The notes under the pieces: generated by a model
The model's database searches: none
What the model was told of the DNA's origin: nothing
Seen by the model: only the letters and a program-made list of their open reading frames with translations
In this document: one piece after another, positions 34,894 to 50,471 of the stretch
How the letters are laid out: every line of letters begins with the position of its first letter
Numbering within the stretch: the first letter of the stretch is position 1
Program-made: the position numbers and the translations under genes
Source: Dendrobates tinctorius
Taxonomy: Eukaryota
Reading direction: 5' to 3'
NCBI RefSeq assembly: GCF_039654945.1
Contig: NW_027361779.1
Location: forward strand, 434,001-498,000
Length of the DNA: 64,000 bases

Positions 34894-34912
34894 TGGAGGC
34901 CTTCAGCAGGAT
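34894..34912 (+). promoter_or_regulatory. Primer binding site, most like tRNA-Thr
   Basis: TGGAGGCCTTCAGCAGGAT three nt after the LTR; resembles the complement of the tRNA-Thr(UGU) 3' end as recalled (TGGAGGCCCCAGCGAGGAT). Confidence 0.6.
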
Positions 34913-37900
34913 ATAATATTCCCCTTCGACTTTCATCTCAGACTGAACAATTGACCACCTCTATCATGAACAGAAAACCAGATCCCGGGTAAGTGAGTAG
35001 ATTTGTTACTCACACAGTTTTCTCTCCGGGAAAAGAGGCTATCTGGAGTCAGTCTGTGGAGATTTCTAACGGGAAAAGCCCTCGGGTAAAAAAGATATAT
35101 ATATATTTTTTTATCTCTTGATTGTCTGTTTGTTTAAGTGCTGTTAACAAGTGTTTTGTTTCAACATGAAGTGCGATGATATTCCATTTATTTTGTCAGT
35201 ATCGATAACGTGTTCCTGTCTCTGTTTGTAAATGATGTCAGTGTTTGTTAATACTGAAAATATTGCAATCAAATTGTCTTGATCCTGTTCTGCAATACTT
35301 GGTTTATGTTTGTTCTAACTTTTATTCTTCTTTTGTTTGTTGATGCCTTGTCAGATGTTAATTGATAAGTAGTACGGATAATGCTGTGCTGAACTGTTCT
35401 GATTATAATGCAGTCCTGATATGTTGCTATATCTGTGTTGTGGGGTACTAAGCTGCGCTGTTGATGTATGGAGACTAAATGATGTGTGCTCAGTGTATAA
35501 ATAGCCTTTTCATTATTCAAAGCAGTGAGTAAGATAAAACTCTCTGGTTAGTTGCTACTTGGAAAAAACTTATAGGAAGGTCCCGGGTGGGAGTTTGTAG
35601 TGAAGAGGGAAACTCACGTGAAGACAATCTATGGGAATGTAAATGTTTTTTGTATGCAACCTGGTACTCAGATAGGGCGCTAATTAGAGGATATAGTGAA
35701 CCAAGCAAGAGTTTCTACAAATAGATGTGATTTATGTTTTTGTCCATTGGCACTAGAGCATTTTTGATAAGATGTGGGGAGCGAGAGAGTACACAAGTAC
35801 TGCGTGTATGGATGTGATTGAAATGTCAGACAAATGCTTACCATGTGTTTACCATATGCTGTGTAATAAGGGTCTGTGTTCAGTTCACCAGTATAGGTGC
35901 AGAGTATATTCTGGTCATATGCATTGTTTAAAAGCTGGGTAGATGTATTGGACTCTAGATGGTATATGCCAAGGTGGCAAGATAATATCACGCACGAATA
36001 TCATCTTATTGAACCCGGAGCAGATTCAGGAATAGACCTTGCATATTCAGAGTCTAGTAAGGGCTCAGTTCCAGATGTATGAGGAGTATATAGCGCTTGT
36101 GTTTGGAACTGTGTTGTTGGTAGTAATCTGTCTAATTGTTTGGGAGAGTATGTATGAGCATTAGGACAGAACAGAGAGCTGCGGTTCAGGTTATTGCTTT
36201 GATAGTAGGCTTGCTGGCTATTGTAGTTAGACCAGTGGGATCCCGCTAATACATAACAGGTCTGAAGATAGGGGTCGCTACCTTTGACAGCTGTTATTGG
36301 TGCCAGGCACACCAGGTCAGGACAGACTACGGATCCGAGATATAAGATAAAGGACCTGGAGCATCATGGGCAGGATTATAAAGCAGTTAGCAATACTGCT
36401 GACAATTCTTGAAAAGGCAGGAATGCCAAGGATTGGATGTTTGGATGCTGAGATATAAGTGTTTAAGTAAGGAGCATGCTTTATGGATTGGAAAATGTGA
36501 CTAGGGTGTGCAAGTTGCAGTGTGGATCAGAACCTCTGAATGATATGGTCTGTTTTAATACTAAGTGTGATGAAGTTAGAATGAGAGAATGTATGTCAGG
36601 CAATTTGCAGCGTCTCCACACACAGGCAGCCCCCCCTCACAAGATCAGTCTGTGCTTCCATAGCTCCCTCCGCCCCTGTAGTAGCGGGGGAGGAGACCAG
36701 CCCTCCTTAAGCATCCCAAAGAAGAGCGAAGCTGTGTGCTGACAGGAGATTTCTTCTCTGTCTGCAGCCTAAACATCTGTATAATACTATACTTGCCTGG
36801 CTCGTGTAGCCTCATCTCCACCCCATCTCTGGTAGACCTTGGTGATATACCATCAGCCAGGGGTCCCATAGGTGCCAAACACGGGGGGAGGACAGAACCC
36901 TATGTCTCCGCAGATGCAAACTAGCTGACTTGTGTATGATGCTTCTCCTCTATACTTATTACCCTTGGGTTGCCACAGGGGTTCACAGACAGTTTCTCCA
37001 CTCCGGTAAGGAACAGCCCCAAGCATTTCCTACGGAGGGGAGAAATGAGGAAACATTTTACATTTCACTTGCAGACAACCCTTACACTTCATAACTATGA
37101 TTTGAAAAACCCCAGAGAAGCCAGATTTGCAAAAATATGTTACTGACAGGATTGAAGGAAGATCTGAGAACAGAAGTGATGAGAGTGCGGCCAGAATGTA
37201 TATACAATCCCTTCCCATGTTTAGGGGATAGAGGACCAGATTAACAATAGGAAAGTAAAGGAGCAGCAGAAGGCAACTCCTGTTATAGTGAATATACCTC
37301 CGGATGCATTTAATAATGCTGTGAAAACTGTGGTGCAGGCGGCAGGTATACATCACAGGGGAACAGGGGGAGAGAAGAAAAGGAAAGATGGGATAACAGA
37401 CCCAGAGAAGTGTAAACAAAAATAGCGGTTCCCCCACGGGATGGTCCAATCACTATGACATCATTTAAAATTTCCTCATGGTAAACAATTAAAATGCCTG
37501 ATTGATACGGGGATGAGCAGTTCAATTATATAAGGATATGCCACAACGATTCAGGACAGGAGGAACAGTCTATTGCATGAAACAGAACACATGAATGTGT
37601 GAATAGCACGTACGACATACTTGTGTGCCTAATTGCTAGTCTCAGATAAATGTCCTGTAATCTTGATAGGTGCTGATATCCTGAGTGCTATGAATGCAGT
37701 TTTTTAATTAAGTTTGGAAGAAAGGCATTACTGTTACAGGCCCGTTGTCTGAGGCAACCCTCTCACAATGATGTTGCTAATTTAGCTAGATGGTGAGAAC
37801 CTGCAACTGACCAAGATGAGGACATTTGGCAATTGTTCGATTAGGTACCAGCTGCAGTATGGGTAAAGGATAAGACAGATGTTGGTTTAGGATAGTACCA

Positions 37901-39919
37901 GTATCCATCAGATTGAAGCCAGGAACTGTACCAGTGCGTATTAGACAATATCCCCTGAGCAGAGAGAAAACAGGTACTGTATGTCTAATGGAAACAGCTT
38001 CCTTGTTAATATTTTTGTACCATGAAGGATGAAAGGTGTCAAGAGGTAACTGCCAATAGCAAAGGAAAAAGTTGTTTTCTTAGGTCATTGCATTTCACTT
38101 CAGCTGAAACACATAACACCAGAAGAAAAAGCCATAAGCCAAGCAATGGAGCTCACTTCCATCTGCCACTGAGGACATTCCTGGGGCTGACCAGCTACTG
38201 TAGAGAATGGATTCCCTCTGCATCACAAACGATACAGCCTCTCTTTGATGTGTTGTCATTGTGGTACAACAAGGGACAGCCATACCAACTGACCCAGAAA
38301 GCAAAAGAAGGGTTCAAGAACCTGAAGGAAGCCATTCTCTCAGCCTCGGCTCTAGGAATCCCAAATTATGACCTCCACTTCCATTTGCATTGTCATGAAT
38401 TTTGGGGGGGACATGCTAAGGGCATACTGTATTTTTAACATGGCTACTTGCCATAGTGCAAGAGATACCAATCCCTAATCTAGATCCATAGTTTTATGTA
38501 GATGTGTCACAGGATTTACCAAGATGAAGTACCTTATACAGGTTATTCAGTGGTTGATCAACATAAGGTGGTACAAAGTAAAGCTTTACCTTCTGGGATG
38601 TCTGCTCGGGGAGGTTGAATTGAAAGCACTCGCGGAGGCATGTATAATGGAGGAGCATTTACTGATAGTGCCACGCATTCGGCTTTTTCCATGATTGCAG
38701 TCCCTTATGGAAGAGCAGAAAGTTTGTTGGTTCCTCTGGTAAGCCCATTAAAAAATGCAGAATTAGTGGTTCAGCTTCTCAGAGCATTGGAGCTGCCTAA
38801 AAAAGTTGCTGTAGTGAAAGTGCAAGCTCACACTAAAGAGCGGACTAAGGAAGCCGAAGGTAATAACCAAGCTGATATTGCAGCCAAGGCTGCTGCTTTG
38901 TTCCCTCTTCCCGCAGGAACATACACTGTACAGGTGTCGGGGAAGGTGGATCTTCAATTACTCCAGAGCCTGCAAGAACAGGCCTCTGCACCAGAAAAGG
39001 AAGAATGGCAAAGGCACTCAGGTGCGAAGGAAGAAGATGGATTGTGGACGGTAAGTATTGCTTGCCTAGGGCATTGTTCCCTATGGTGTGCTCCCTCTCC
39101 CACGGATTAATACACCAATCCAAGGATGGAATGGTAAGCCAGGTTAAAGCAAGTTGGGTCGCACCAGGGTTCCATTATGCTGCTGCAAAATTTGTACAGG
39201 GATGTGTAATCTGCGCATGCCATAATGTAGGAAAAACGGTGAAGGTGCCACCAAAGTGCACCCCCAAGTCGTTTTACCCTTTTCAGTGACTGCAGATTGA
39301 TTTCATTCAGCTTCCAAGAGTAGGCAACTACAGTATGAATGTGCGCTGGTATGTGTGGATCTTTTAGCCAATTGGCCAGAGGCATGGCCCTGTGCTCATG
39401 CAAATGCATGCACTGTGGTTAAAAAGCTACTTTCAGAAGTTGTTTGCAGATTTGGAGTACCAGAGGTAATTGAAAGTGACCGAGGCAATCATTTCACGTC
39501 ACAGGTGTGCCAAGGAATCACCCGAGCCTTAGGGATGGAGCAATCATTTCACACTCCCTATCATCCTCAGAGCAGTGGCAGGGTGGAAAGGTTAAATGGT
39601 ACACTGAAATTGAAAATTCAAAAAGCAATGGCAGAAACAGGTAAAAACCATGGACTGAGTGTCTTCCCATTGCATTGTACACTGTTAGGCCGGGGTCACA
39701 CTAACCGACGCAAAATACGGTCCGTAGTTTACAGGCGTAATACGGATGAATGACCCCTAAATAGTGCTCCGTATGTCATCCGTAAGCAAGGTGTGGTTGC
39801 GTATTTTGCGCATGTCAGCATCCGTATGCAATCCGTATGGTGAGATTTTCTCGCCGCCTTGCAAAATGGACATATAATGGAGCCCTATGACAGGGTTTCT
39901 AACAGAAATGAAATAATAG

Positions 39920-40048
39920 NNNNNNNNNNNNNNNNNNNNNNNNNNNNNNNNNNNNNNNNNNNNNNNNNNNNNNNNNNNNNNNNNNNNNNNNNNNNNNNNN
40001 NNNNNNNNNNNNNNNNNNNNNNNNNNNNNNNNNNNNNNNNNNNNNNNN
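39920..40048. other. Assembly gap (N run)
   Basis: Run of N; hides the first ~18 nt of the left Tc1 TIR. Confidence 0.99.
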
Positions 40049-41636
40049 TTTAGTCAGTCAGCAATAGTGCAAGTTCCACCACTTAAAAAGATGAGAGGCG
40101 TCTGTAATTTACATCATAGGTAGACCTCAACTATGGGAGACAAACTGAGAAAAAAAAATCCAGAAAATCACATTGTCTGTTTTTTTTTCATTTTATTTGC
40201 ATATTATGGTGGAAAATAAGTATTTGGTCAGAAACAAGCAATCAAGATTTCTAGCTCTCACAGACCTGTAACTTCTTCTTTAAGAGTCTCCTCTTTCCTC
40301 CACTCATTACCTGTAGTAATGGCACCTGTTTAAACTTGTTATCAGTATAAAAAGACACCTGTGCACACCCTCAAACAGTCTGACTCCAAACTCCACTATG
40401 GTGAAGACCAAAGAGCTGTCAAAGGACACCAGAAACAAAATTGTAGCCCTGCACCAGGCTGGGAAGACTGAATCTGCAATAGCCAACCAGCTTGGAGTGA
40501 ATAAATCAACTGTGGGAGCAATAATTAGAAAATGGAAGACATACAAGACCACTGATAATCTCCCTCGATCTGGTGCTCCACGCAAAATCCCACCCCGTGG
40601 GGTCAGAATGATTACAAGAACGGTGAGCAAAAATCCCAGAACCACGCGGGGGGACCTAGTGAATGAACTGCAGAGAGCTGTGACCAATGTAACAAGGCCA
40701 ACCATAAGTAACACACTACGCCACCATGGACTCAGATCCTGCAGTGCCAGACGTGTCCCACTGCTTAAGCCTGTACATGTCCGGGCCCATCTGAAGTTTG
40801 CTAGAGAGCATTTGGATGATCCAGAGGAGTTTTGGGAGAATGTCCTATGGTCTGATGAAACCAAACTGGAACTGTTTGGTAGAAACACAACTTGTTGTGT
40901 TTGGAGGAAAAAGAATACTGAGTTGCATCCATCAAACACCATACCTACTGTAAAGCATGGTGGTGGAAACATCATGCTTTGGGGCTGTTTCTCTGCAAAG
41001 GGGCCAGGACGACTGATCCGGGTACATGAAAGAATGAATGGGGCCATGTATCGTGAGATTTTGAGTGCAAACCTCCTTCCATCAGCAAGGGCATTGATGA
41101 TGAAACGTGGCTGGGTCTTTCAACATGACAATGATCCAAAGCACACCGCCAGGGCAACGAAGGAGTGGCTTCGTAAGAAGCATTTCAAGATCCTGGAGTG
41201 GCCTAGCCAGTCTCCAGATCTCAACCCTATAGAAAACCTTTGGAGGGAGTTGAAAGTCCGTGTTGCCAAGCGAAAAGCCAAAAACATCACTGCTCTAGAG
41301 GAGATCTGCATGGAGGAATGGGCCAACATACCAACAACAGTGTGTGGCAACCTTGCGAAGACTTACAGAAAACGTTTGACCTCTGTCATTGCCAACAAAG
41401 GATATATCACAAAGTATTGAGATGAAATTTTGTTTCTGACCAAATACTTATTTTCCACCATAATATGCAAATAAAATGAAAAAAAAACAGACAATGTGAT
41501 TTTCTGGATTTTTTTTTCTCAGTTTGTCTCCCATAGTTGAGGTCTACCTATGATGTAAATTACAGACGCCTCTCATCTTTTTAAGTGGTGGAACTTGCAC
41601 TATTGCTGACTGACTAAATACTTTTTTGCCCCACTG
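40049..41636 (+). mobile_element. Tc1 transposon with ~200-bp TIRs
   Basis: 40049-40235 is the inverted copy of 41432-41618; ends GCCCCACTG followed by TA. Confidence 0.95.
40398..41420 (+). CDS. Intact Tc1 transposase, 340 aa, DD34E
   Basis: HTH region, [27 protein letters not shown] with 34 residues between the second D and the E. Confidence 0.95.
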   Translation: MVKTKELSKDTRNKIVALHQAGKTESAIANQLGVNKSTVGAIIRKWKTYKTTDNLPRSGAPRKIPPRGVRMITRTVSKNPRTTRGDLVNELQRAVTNVTRPTISNTLRHHGLRSCSARRVPLLKPVHVRAHLKFAREHLDDPEEFWENVLWSDETKLELFGRNTTCCVWRKKNTELHPSNTIPTVKHGGGNIMLWGCFSAKGPGRLIRVHERMNGAMYREILSANLLPSARALMMKRGWVFQHDNDPKHTARATKEWLRKKHFKILEWPSQSPDLNPIENLWRELKVRVAKRKAKNITALEEICMEEWANIPTTVCGNLAKTYRKRLTSVIANKGYITKY

Positions 41637-42502
41637 TATATATATATTTATACTTCACAGAGTTATTCATAGCAGAATAGCCGCTAATTAAATTGCCGGC
41701 TTCTATCAAGTCCTTCCCCAACCCGGCATGAAATGACACATGGTTTACATTCAGTAAAGCATTTCATTTCATTTTTTTTATATGTCCCTGACTAATAATT
41801 AGATGATGGTTTGTGTGCAAAATTTGGGAGTTGTAGTTGTTATTTTAAGGGGTTAATTAGTTGTTAAAAAATGCGTGGGCTTCCCATTGCCCTGTAGTGG
41901 TGGCGAATGTGTTAATCTAACAAAGGGTTAATGTCACCTTACAATTGAATGGTGACATTATCCCTTTGTTAGATTAACCCACTCGCCACCGCTACAGGGC
42001 AATGGGAAGCCCACGCATTTTTTAACAATGAACTCTGTGAAATATAAATATATATATATGTTTGTCACTATGACATGTGTGTATATATATATATATATAT
42101 ATGTGTGTATTCTATGTGTCTATATCTATTCTTTCTTTCTTTATTAAACATGTCAGTGTTTACTGTATAGCGCACTGAATTGCCGGCTTTTCTAAAAGAC
42201 ACCGGGTGCGTTATTTCTCGCAAGTCACATGTGTGGTCCGTGTGTAATCCGTATTTTTTGCGCACCTATAGACTTGCATTGGTGTATTACGGACATAGTA
42301 CGCTGACAATTGCAGCATGCTGCGATTGGCACGGACCGTAGAATACGCCTGAGAAATATACGGCTGTTGGGAGCAAACCCATAGAGAATCATTTGTCCAT
42401 GTGTAATGCGTGCTTTTAGCGCCTCTCACTCGTCCGTATTCCTCGCTAGTGTGACCCCGGCCTTAGGGTAACTCCCAACAAAAAGACAAGTTTGAGTCCA
42501 TA

Positions 42503-44139
<1,637 letters not shown>

Positions 44140-44490
44140 TATGGGGTATTATTTGGGAGCCCTCCCAAGACAGGATTGTACTTTCCTCAGCAGATGCAGG
44201 CCTCTCATTCAAATATGACTGCCTATGTGGGTGCATTGCAACAGGTGTTGCAGCAAATTCATACGCGTGTTTTCAGTTCCCTTCCAGATCCATCCTCCTT
44301 ATCGGGCTCGCATGACCTTAAGCCTGGAGACTGTGTGGTGATGTGAAAGCGCCTGAGGAAAAGTCTAGATCATCACTTTGAGGGACCCTATCAAGTCCAG
44401 CTGATCATGCCCACATCTGTTAAGCTGGAAGGAAAGTCTGCCTGGATTCACGCATCTCACTGCAAGAAATTTCACCAGAACTAAAGGATA

Positions 44491-45700
44491 ATGGAATTTG
44501 GGAAGTGCTATCCATTCTTGCTTCTCACTGTGATTGTATCTATTCAATGTAAAAAAGATAATGATGTCTTTGAACCATGGGATAGTGATGTGTCAAAACT
44601 CAAAACAGTGGGCTAATAAATTTGTCCGTCCAGTACCATAACTATATTGCTCAGGCCAGAAATCTATCCAATTGCTGGATTTGTTCACATGCCCCAATTG
44701 CTGCAAAAACTATGCAATATTTTGTAACTCCATTGACAGATAGGCAGTTCATGTAGATGAAGAAACCAGAGAAGGTCAGTATGGAGATGGAGCTGCTGAG
44801 ATGTCTATAAGTATAAATACTGACCCAGAATGCCAGTCATTACGATATTATAGGGCAGTACTACAGATTTAGACGACTCTTGGTGTCTTTACACTGCCAC
44901 TACCCGGTTAGTTTCAATAACAGTAGCTTTTCTTAATGAAATTCAGTTTATAAACATAGTATGTGGGAGCAATGCATATAGGTGGATTCCTAAAGGAGCT
45001 GAAGGTGCATGTACACTGGCTAGATTACAGCCAGCCACCTGGGTATGGAATGAGAATGACTTCCCTTATAAAAATTTCCCTAGTCACATGATAGCAAAAC
45101 ATAGTCCACCCTCTCCATAGCCACCCAAACATTTAATGCACACTCCATGGTATCTTAAAACTGGGATGGTCCTCACTGGTCCACTGGGAGTTATGTTCGG
45201 AACAATAAGAAATGCTCAGCTGATAGAGGAATTGGGTGATATCTTTGATAATGTGATGCCATTAATGTAGAATCTGCATATATGAGACAGCTCATAGTCA
45301 TAACAAGCCAGCACTCTATGGTGCTTGACTATCTCACAGCATCTCAAGGGGGATTCTGTCAGGTAGTGGGACCCGCATGCTGTCACTTTATAGATTCGTC
45401 CGGCCTGATGAGAGTCACTCATGACATAGAACAAGCTAGGCTAATAAAGGAAGGAATACGGAAAGTTAATTCACTGGAGGACCTGCCCCTCCCTGAATGG
45501 CTCGCATGGTTAAATCCTTTGAATTTGTTTAAAGGAATAGGTGGATGAATATCGGGTGTAATTCATTTCCTAATTCAAGCAGTTTTGTGATATTGATCAT
45601 TGCAGTGATGATAAAGTTATTTGTTATGGTTATAAAGTTCTTGGTTCTAATTGCAAATGTTTTCCAGGTAAACGTAATGCTAAAATTGATACTGATTCAG
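44491..45700 (+). pseudogene. env: ERV env remnant (gamma-type Env)
   Basis: SU CWIC near 44673; TM immunosuppressive domain QHSMVLDYLTASQGG followed by CX6CC (CQVVGPACC); hydrophobic anchor remnant. Confidence 0.85.
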
Positions 45701-46260
45701 AAATCAAGCAAACCCAAGTGATAACTAATTCATAACCACTGTCCAGCGTGAATGTATATTCTGCAACAAGAAACTTCAGTAGACCTGGCTAATTGCATGC
45801 ATTGTGGAAAACCACTGGTCTGAATAAAGACAAAGATAAAGCCTCTACAAAGAACTACAACAATGAAGATTTATATGCATTATGGATTTCAACGATAAAC
45901 ACTTACTCACAAATAAAAATATAAAATATATACATATTAATATATTAAAATATATGTTACAGAGTAATACAATAAGTATGTATTCTCTATATCTTATTAA
46001 CATATTGCACACAAGATAGACATTACTCCCCTAATAAAATCTGTACTCCTCTGAGGTAGGGCAAATCAGTAGAAGTGAAATAGGGAAAGGAGGTCTGATT
46101 CTCAAGTATAATCTGAATGGATACACAGCAGGACTGGTATCCCATGATATACATAGGACAAGCCGTGTATTTTGTGAAGTAGGGTTATCTTGCAGGCCTT
46201 GGAAAAAAGGCAGGGTGAGATAGAGGTGCAAGGTAGACAGAATGATAAAAAGAGGGGAGT

Positions 46261-46756
46261 TGTCAAAGAAATGGTTAATCTTAGTTCTCTAAAGTCTAGA
46301 AAAATATCAGAAAAACAAGTTTGCAACCCATGACACCATTTTAATTGTTATCATCTGTCTACGTGGTTGAATAATTTTGCCAATGGTCAGCTCCAAATTC
46401 TCCTCTTCTATATTTGAATGATGTCTAAATATGTCGAGGCCAAATATCTTCTTGGCCAAATGCACTAATATGATATAGTTGACATATCTGTATATATAAC
46501 TTATCTTTCTTGCCAATTATTGTGTAAACTCTTCTTCATTTTGCCAATTGTTACACAATGTTACGGAATTGACCATATTTGTTCATTTCCTCTTCTGATG
46601 GTCTATAAAAGATCCAGCCTGACCCCCCTAATAAAGGAGATTTACTTGATAGACAAGAACCTGTGTCTCTTGTTTTATTTCTCCCAATCCTAGGTACCTA
46701 GGCAAAAGCTCCACCTGAGCGATACCCGAGGAGACATAGAAATCCATTCTCTGACA
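46261..46756 (+). repeat. ERV 3' LTR
   Basis: Preceded by PPT, followed by TACT TSD. Confidence 0.95.
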
Positions 46757-47126
46757 TACTTTAGTTATTTTATACATCTTTTTCATTTTTTGTTGTTGTA
46801 CATATATCATCTTTTGCAGGTTTAGTGTTGTCTTGGGAAATTGGGGTCTGTCCCTGTGGGGTGCACTTATATAATGCTGGCCAGCCAACCCTCTCTAATA
46901 GTATAGGCTTCACTAATAGGTTATACGTCAGACTATGCACTACATCTGTGTGACTGGTGCCCTATATAAGCCTTATTAGTGTTTATTTGTAATACTACCC
47001 CCTTCATGAATGGTAGATGTGTGATTGGTTGCTTCTTCAGTATTCTGACCCTGTGCCGTCGCCTTTATTATGGGGGCTGCTGCATCCTGTACTGCATTTA
47101 ATATTGTGTTTTGGTGTTGGAGCCTC

Positions 47127-48687
47127 TGATGGTGAGGTCAGGCTTGTGCGGCAGGTAGCTGCCGGGTGCCACTCCAGGGTGGTGTCTGGCTGTGGCTGCT
47201 GATCCACTCGGGGACACGTCACTTGGACAGGTGTGACTGACAGACAGGCTGAGACTCAGGGCAAGCAGGTATGGCTGAGACACAGGGCAAGCAGGCATGG
47301 CTTGAGACACAGGGCAAGCGGGCACAGCTTGAGACACATGGCAGGCGGGCATGGCTTGAGACACAGGGCAGGCAGGCATGGCTTGAGACACAGGGCAGGA
47401 TGGCACAGGAGAGACACAGGGCAGGCAGGAGTGGTATATGATGAAACAGGCAGAGACCTGTTCACACAGTGGGTGCAGGTACGGATACAGGCAGGAAGGA
47501 GTGGAATATGAAGGAACAGGTTTTGGACCTGTTCACACAAGAGGTGCAGGTATGGATGCAGGCAGGAAAGAGTGGAATAGGAAGGAACAGGTTTTGGACC
47601 TGTTCACACAGGAGGTGCAGGTATGGATGCAGGCATGAAGGAGTGGAATATGAAGGAACAGGTTTTGGACCTGTTCACACAGGAGGTGCAGGTATGGATA
47701 CAGGCAGGAAGGAGTGGAGTATGAAGGAACAGGTTTTGGACCTGTTCACACAGGAGGTGTAGGTATGGATACAGGCAGGAGTGCAGAGTAGGTGTAGCCA
47801 CAGGGTCTGCGGAGAGAAGCGGCAGCAAGAGGTTCTGCAGCGGCAGCAGGAGTGGAGCAAAGCTGAACCACAAGGTCTGTGGAGAGAATCTGCAGCAAGA
47901 GGTTCTGCAGCAGCAGAGCAAAGCTGAACCACAAGGTCTGTGGAAAGAAGCTGCAGCAAGAGGTTCTGCATCAGCAGAGCAAGCTGAACCACAAGGTCTA
48001 TGGAAAGAAGCTGCAACAAGAGGTTTCTCCAGCAGCAGGAGCAGAGCAGGCAGAGCTGCAAGGGTGCAGAGCAGGCAGAGCTGCAAGGGTGCAGAGCAGG
48101 CAGAGCTGCAAGGGTGCAGAGCAGACAGAGCTGCAAGTGTGCAGAGCTGGCAGAGCTGCAAGGGTGCATAGCAAGGATGGGTGAGGACACAGGGAAAGGC
48201 ACAGCAGGGAAGGAAGCTAAAGACAAGGAGGCAGCGGAAGGACAGAGTTCAGACAAGGTACAGGGACAAAGTCCCATGGACCAGGATATTCTGCCTCCTG
48301 GCAGGCGGACAAAGGTACTAGGCAAGACAAGGAGTATTCCTCCAGAGAAGGAGGAGATGCACAGGAGAGGACCTGGCAGGCTCAGTAGCAAGATACTGAG
48401 TTTAGACATTGCACTAGCAATGTTCCAGTGGGTGTGGCAGACCTAAATAGTAGAAGGCTCTAGATAATTGGTCAGGGACAGATTAGACAGGTGCACCCTG
48501 ACTGCATAAGAACCAGAGAGTTCTGGCACCTCCCCCCTATACACACATAGCCAGGAAGCATGCAGGAGAGCAGAGCAGAGAGCATAGGACTGGCAGCAAA
48601 CTGAATTCACAGCATGACCCGGAGCAATGAGTAAGTTGGTGTGCAGGGGATGGGAGGCCATGCAGTGATGCCAGCAGTGTTGTTACA
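47127..48687 (-). mobile_element. LTR-like element carrying four consecutive minisatellites (27, 71, ~59 and 25 bp)
   Basis: Ends GTTACA; periods read at 47277/47304, 47525/47596/47667 and 48043/48068; no TSD resolved. Confidence 0.5.
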
Positions 48688-50471
48688 CACGCCGAACACT
48701 GTGACTGACAGCCAGCTTTGCATTAATGCATGGCAGAGCCAGCTATCAAGTCCATTGCTGTGGCGGGCTTATATCCCCCACTCACAGTGCTGTGAGCAGT
48801 GACTGTAGCCCCGCGGACATGCCTGCATTGCTGAAAGCCGGTGGCTCCAGGGAAGTTTTCTCCTGGGAGCCACACTTTCAGTATAGCAGCCGGTCAACTT
48901 TGCAACACTATTAACCTGAAGATTAACGCTATTTCTGCAGAGTAATAGCATTTTCCAACTTGACAGGTTTAATTTGGATTTCATAAGAATACAGAGCTCT
49001 CCTTTGATAACACAATTAAAACAATAGCACTGAGGGCCCTGCTCACAAGTGCTTACAATATAAAGTTTTGTCTGCAATATCCCATACAATACATAACTAA
49101 TCTGGTATTTATCTCACAGGGCCAATGTCGAAAAAACAATGCAGCAGAATTGATGTTTTTATAATTTGATTTAAATTGATTCTGATCGACAATAGTCATA
49201 AAATAAAGACAACATAGATTAATTGGTAATATTATAACTGTATTGAGCCACAAAAGACCAATAATTATTATATCAAATGATGAATTTTCTAAAAACACAA
49301 TTACATAAATGTGTTTCTTTGTTCATCCTACCTCCAATAAATGGAATAAAAACGATCAAGACATATTTACCCCCAAAAAAGTACTGATAGAATAATATCA
49401 GCTAGTGCAAAAACAGTAAAACATAAAAAAAACTACATCAATTTTGCGATCAAAATATGAACTTCAGGAAAATATCAAGCAAAAAAGTGTCACGTCATTA
49501 ACCCATTGCAGACCTGCAGCATATTTGTACAGTGCAGGCAGGAGGTTCAGATTGTGTGGACACAACGATCAGTAGCAGGTTAGCAGATGTAACACATACA
49601 GTAGGCATGTTCCTGCTAATAATCCCAGTTCGCTTTGGCACTCCTGTACACATAGTCAGCATATTTTCATAGATCCATCACTCACATTTTGATCCTTTCA
49701 GAAGTGTAAATAGAAGTAAAACACAAGTCTGATATATTGATCTGTTTTTCTCTTTCTGTAATCAAATGTTGTTAATGTGTCACACGTTTTATGTCATGAA
49801 TCATTTGAGATGTCGATTAACCCACTCACATGACTGCCAACTAATATTCTTGACAGTCTTTCAGCAATTATGAGAAGTTAATAACACATCAGACCTGTGA
49901 ATAAACACTAGACTGTAATCGTTAACCATTATTTTGGGGTCTGTCATCACTTGTATTACCTCTGTCACACTTTATTACTGATTTACTTTTCCCTAGAAAT
50001 AAAATCTTTTAGTTTAGTTTTATTTATTGAACTTCTTTTGTTTAAATTACTATTATTATTTATTTAAATTTGTATTAATTTTATTTATCAAATAAAGCAG
50101 CTAAAATGAGTGATGATAAAGCAGGTCAGACGCTCGGACTGGCTCGACTCGAATAACGAGTATAATGGATGTCAATGGGAAACTCAAGCATTTTTCTGGA
50201 AAACCCTGACAGGAGTGTAAGGGAGGGACAGGACTGTAGTCATGACCTATATTACTGTAGCAGCTGTGTCCAGTCCTTCCCCTACATGAAATAATACTCT
50301 TCTCTTCATCATATCTGCATCTCTAGATTTGGCTTTGCCCGGGCACTTCCAAGGCCATAATGGTCCCACTTCTAGGCGACCCCCATCAATAGAGACACAG
50401 TCTGAGATAATTTTAACACTTTTTTTTACTTAGGATTTCACATGTTACATCCACAGTTAATACATCATAAC

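Larger units (their letters stand above)
39688..42462. mobile_element. Harbinger-type non-autonomous element inserted in the ERV integrase
   Basis: Perfect TIR GGCCGGGGTCACACTA / TAGTGTGACCCCGGCC; TTA TSD (39685-39687, 42463-42465). Confidence 0.88.

Noticed and set aside
47604-48446. Long ORFs of 148-244 aa
   Set aside because: Low-complexity products of tandem repeats.
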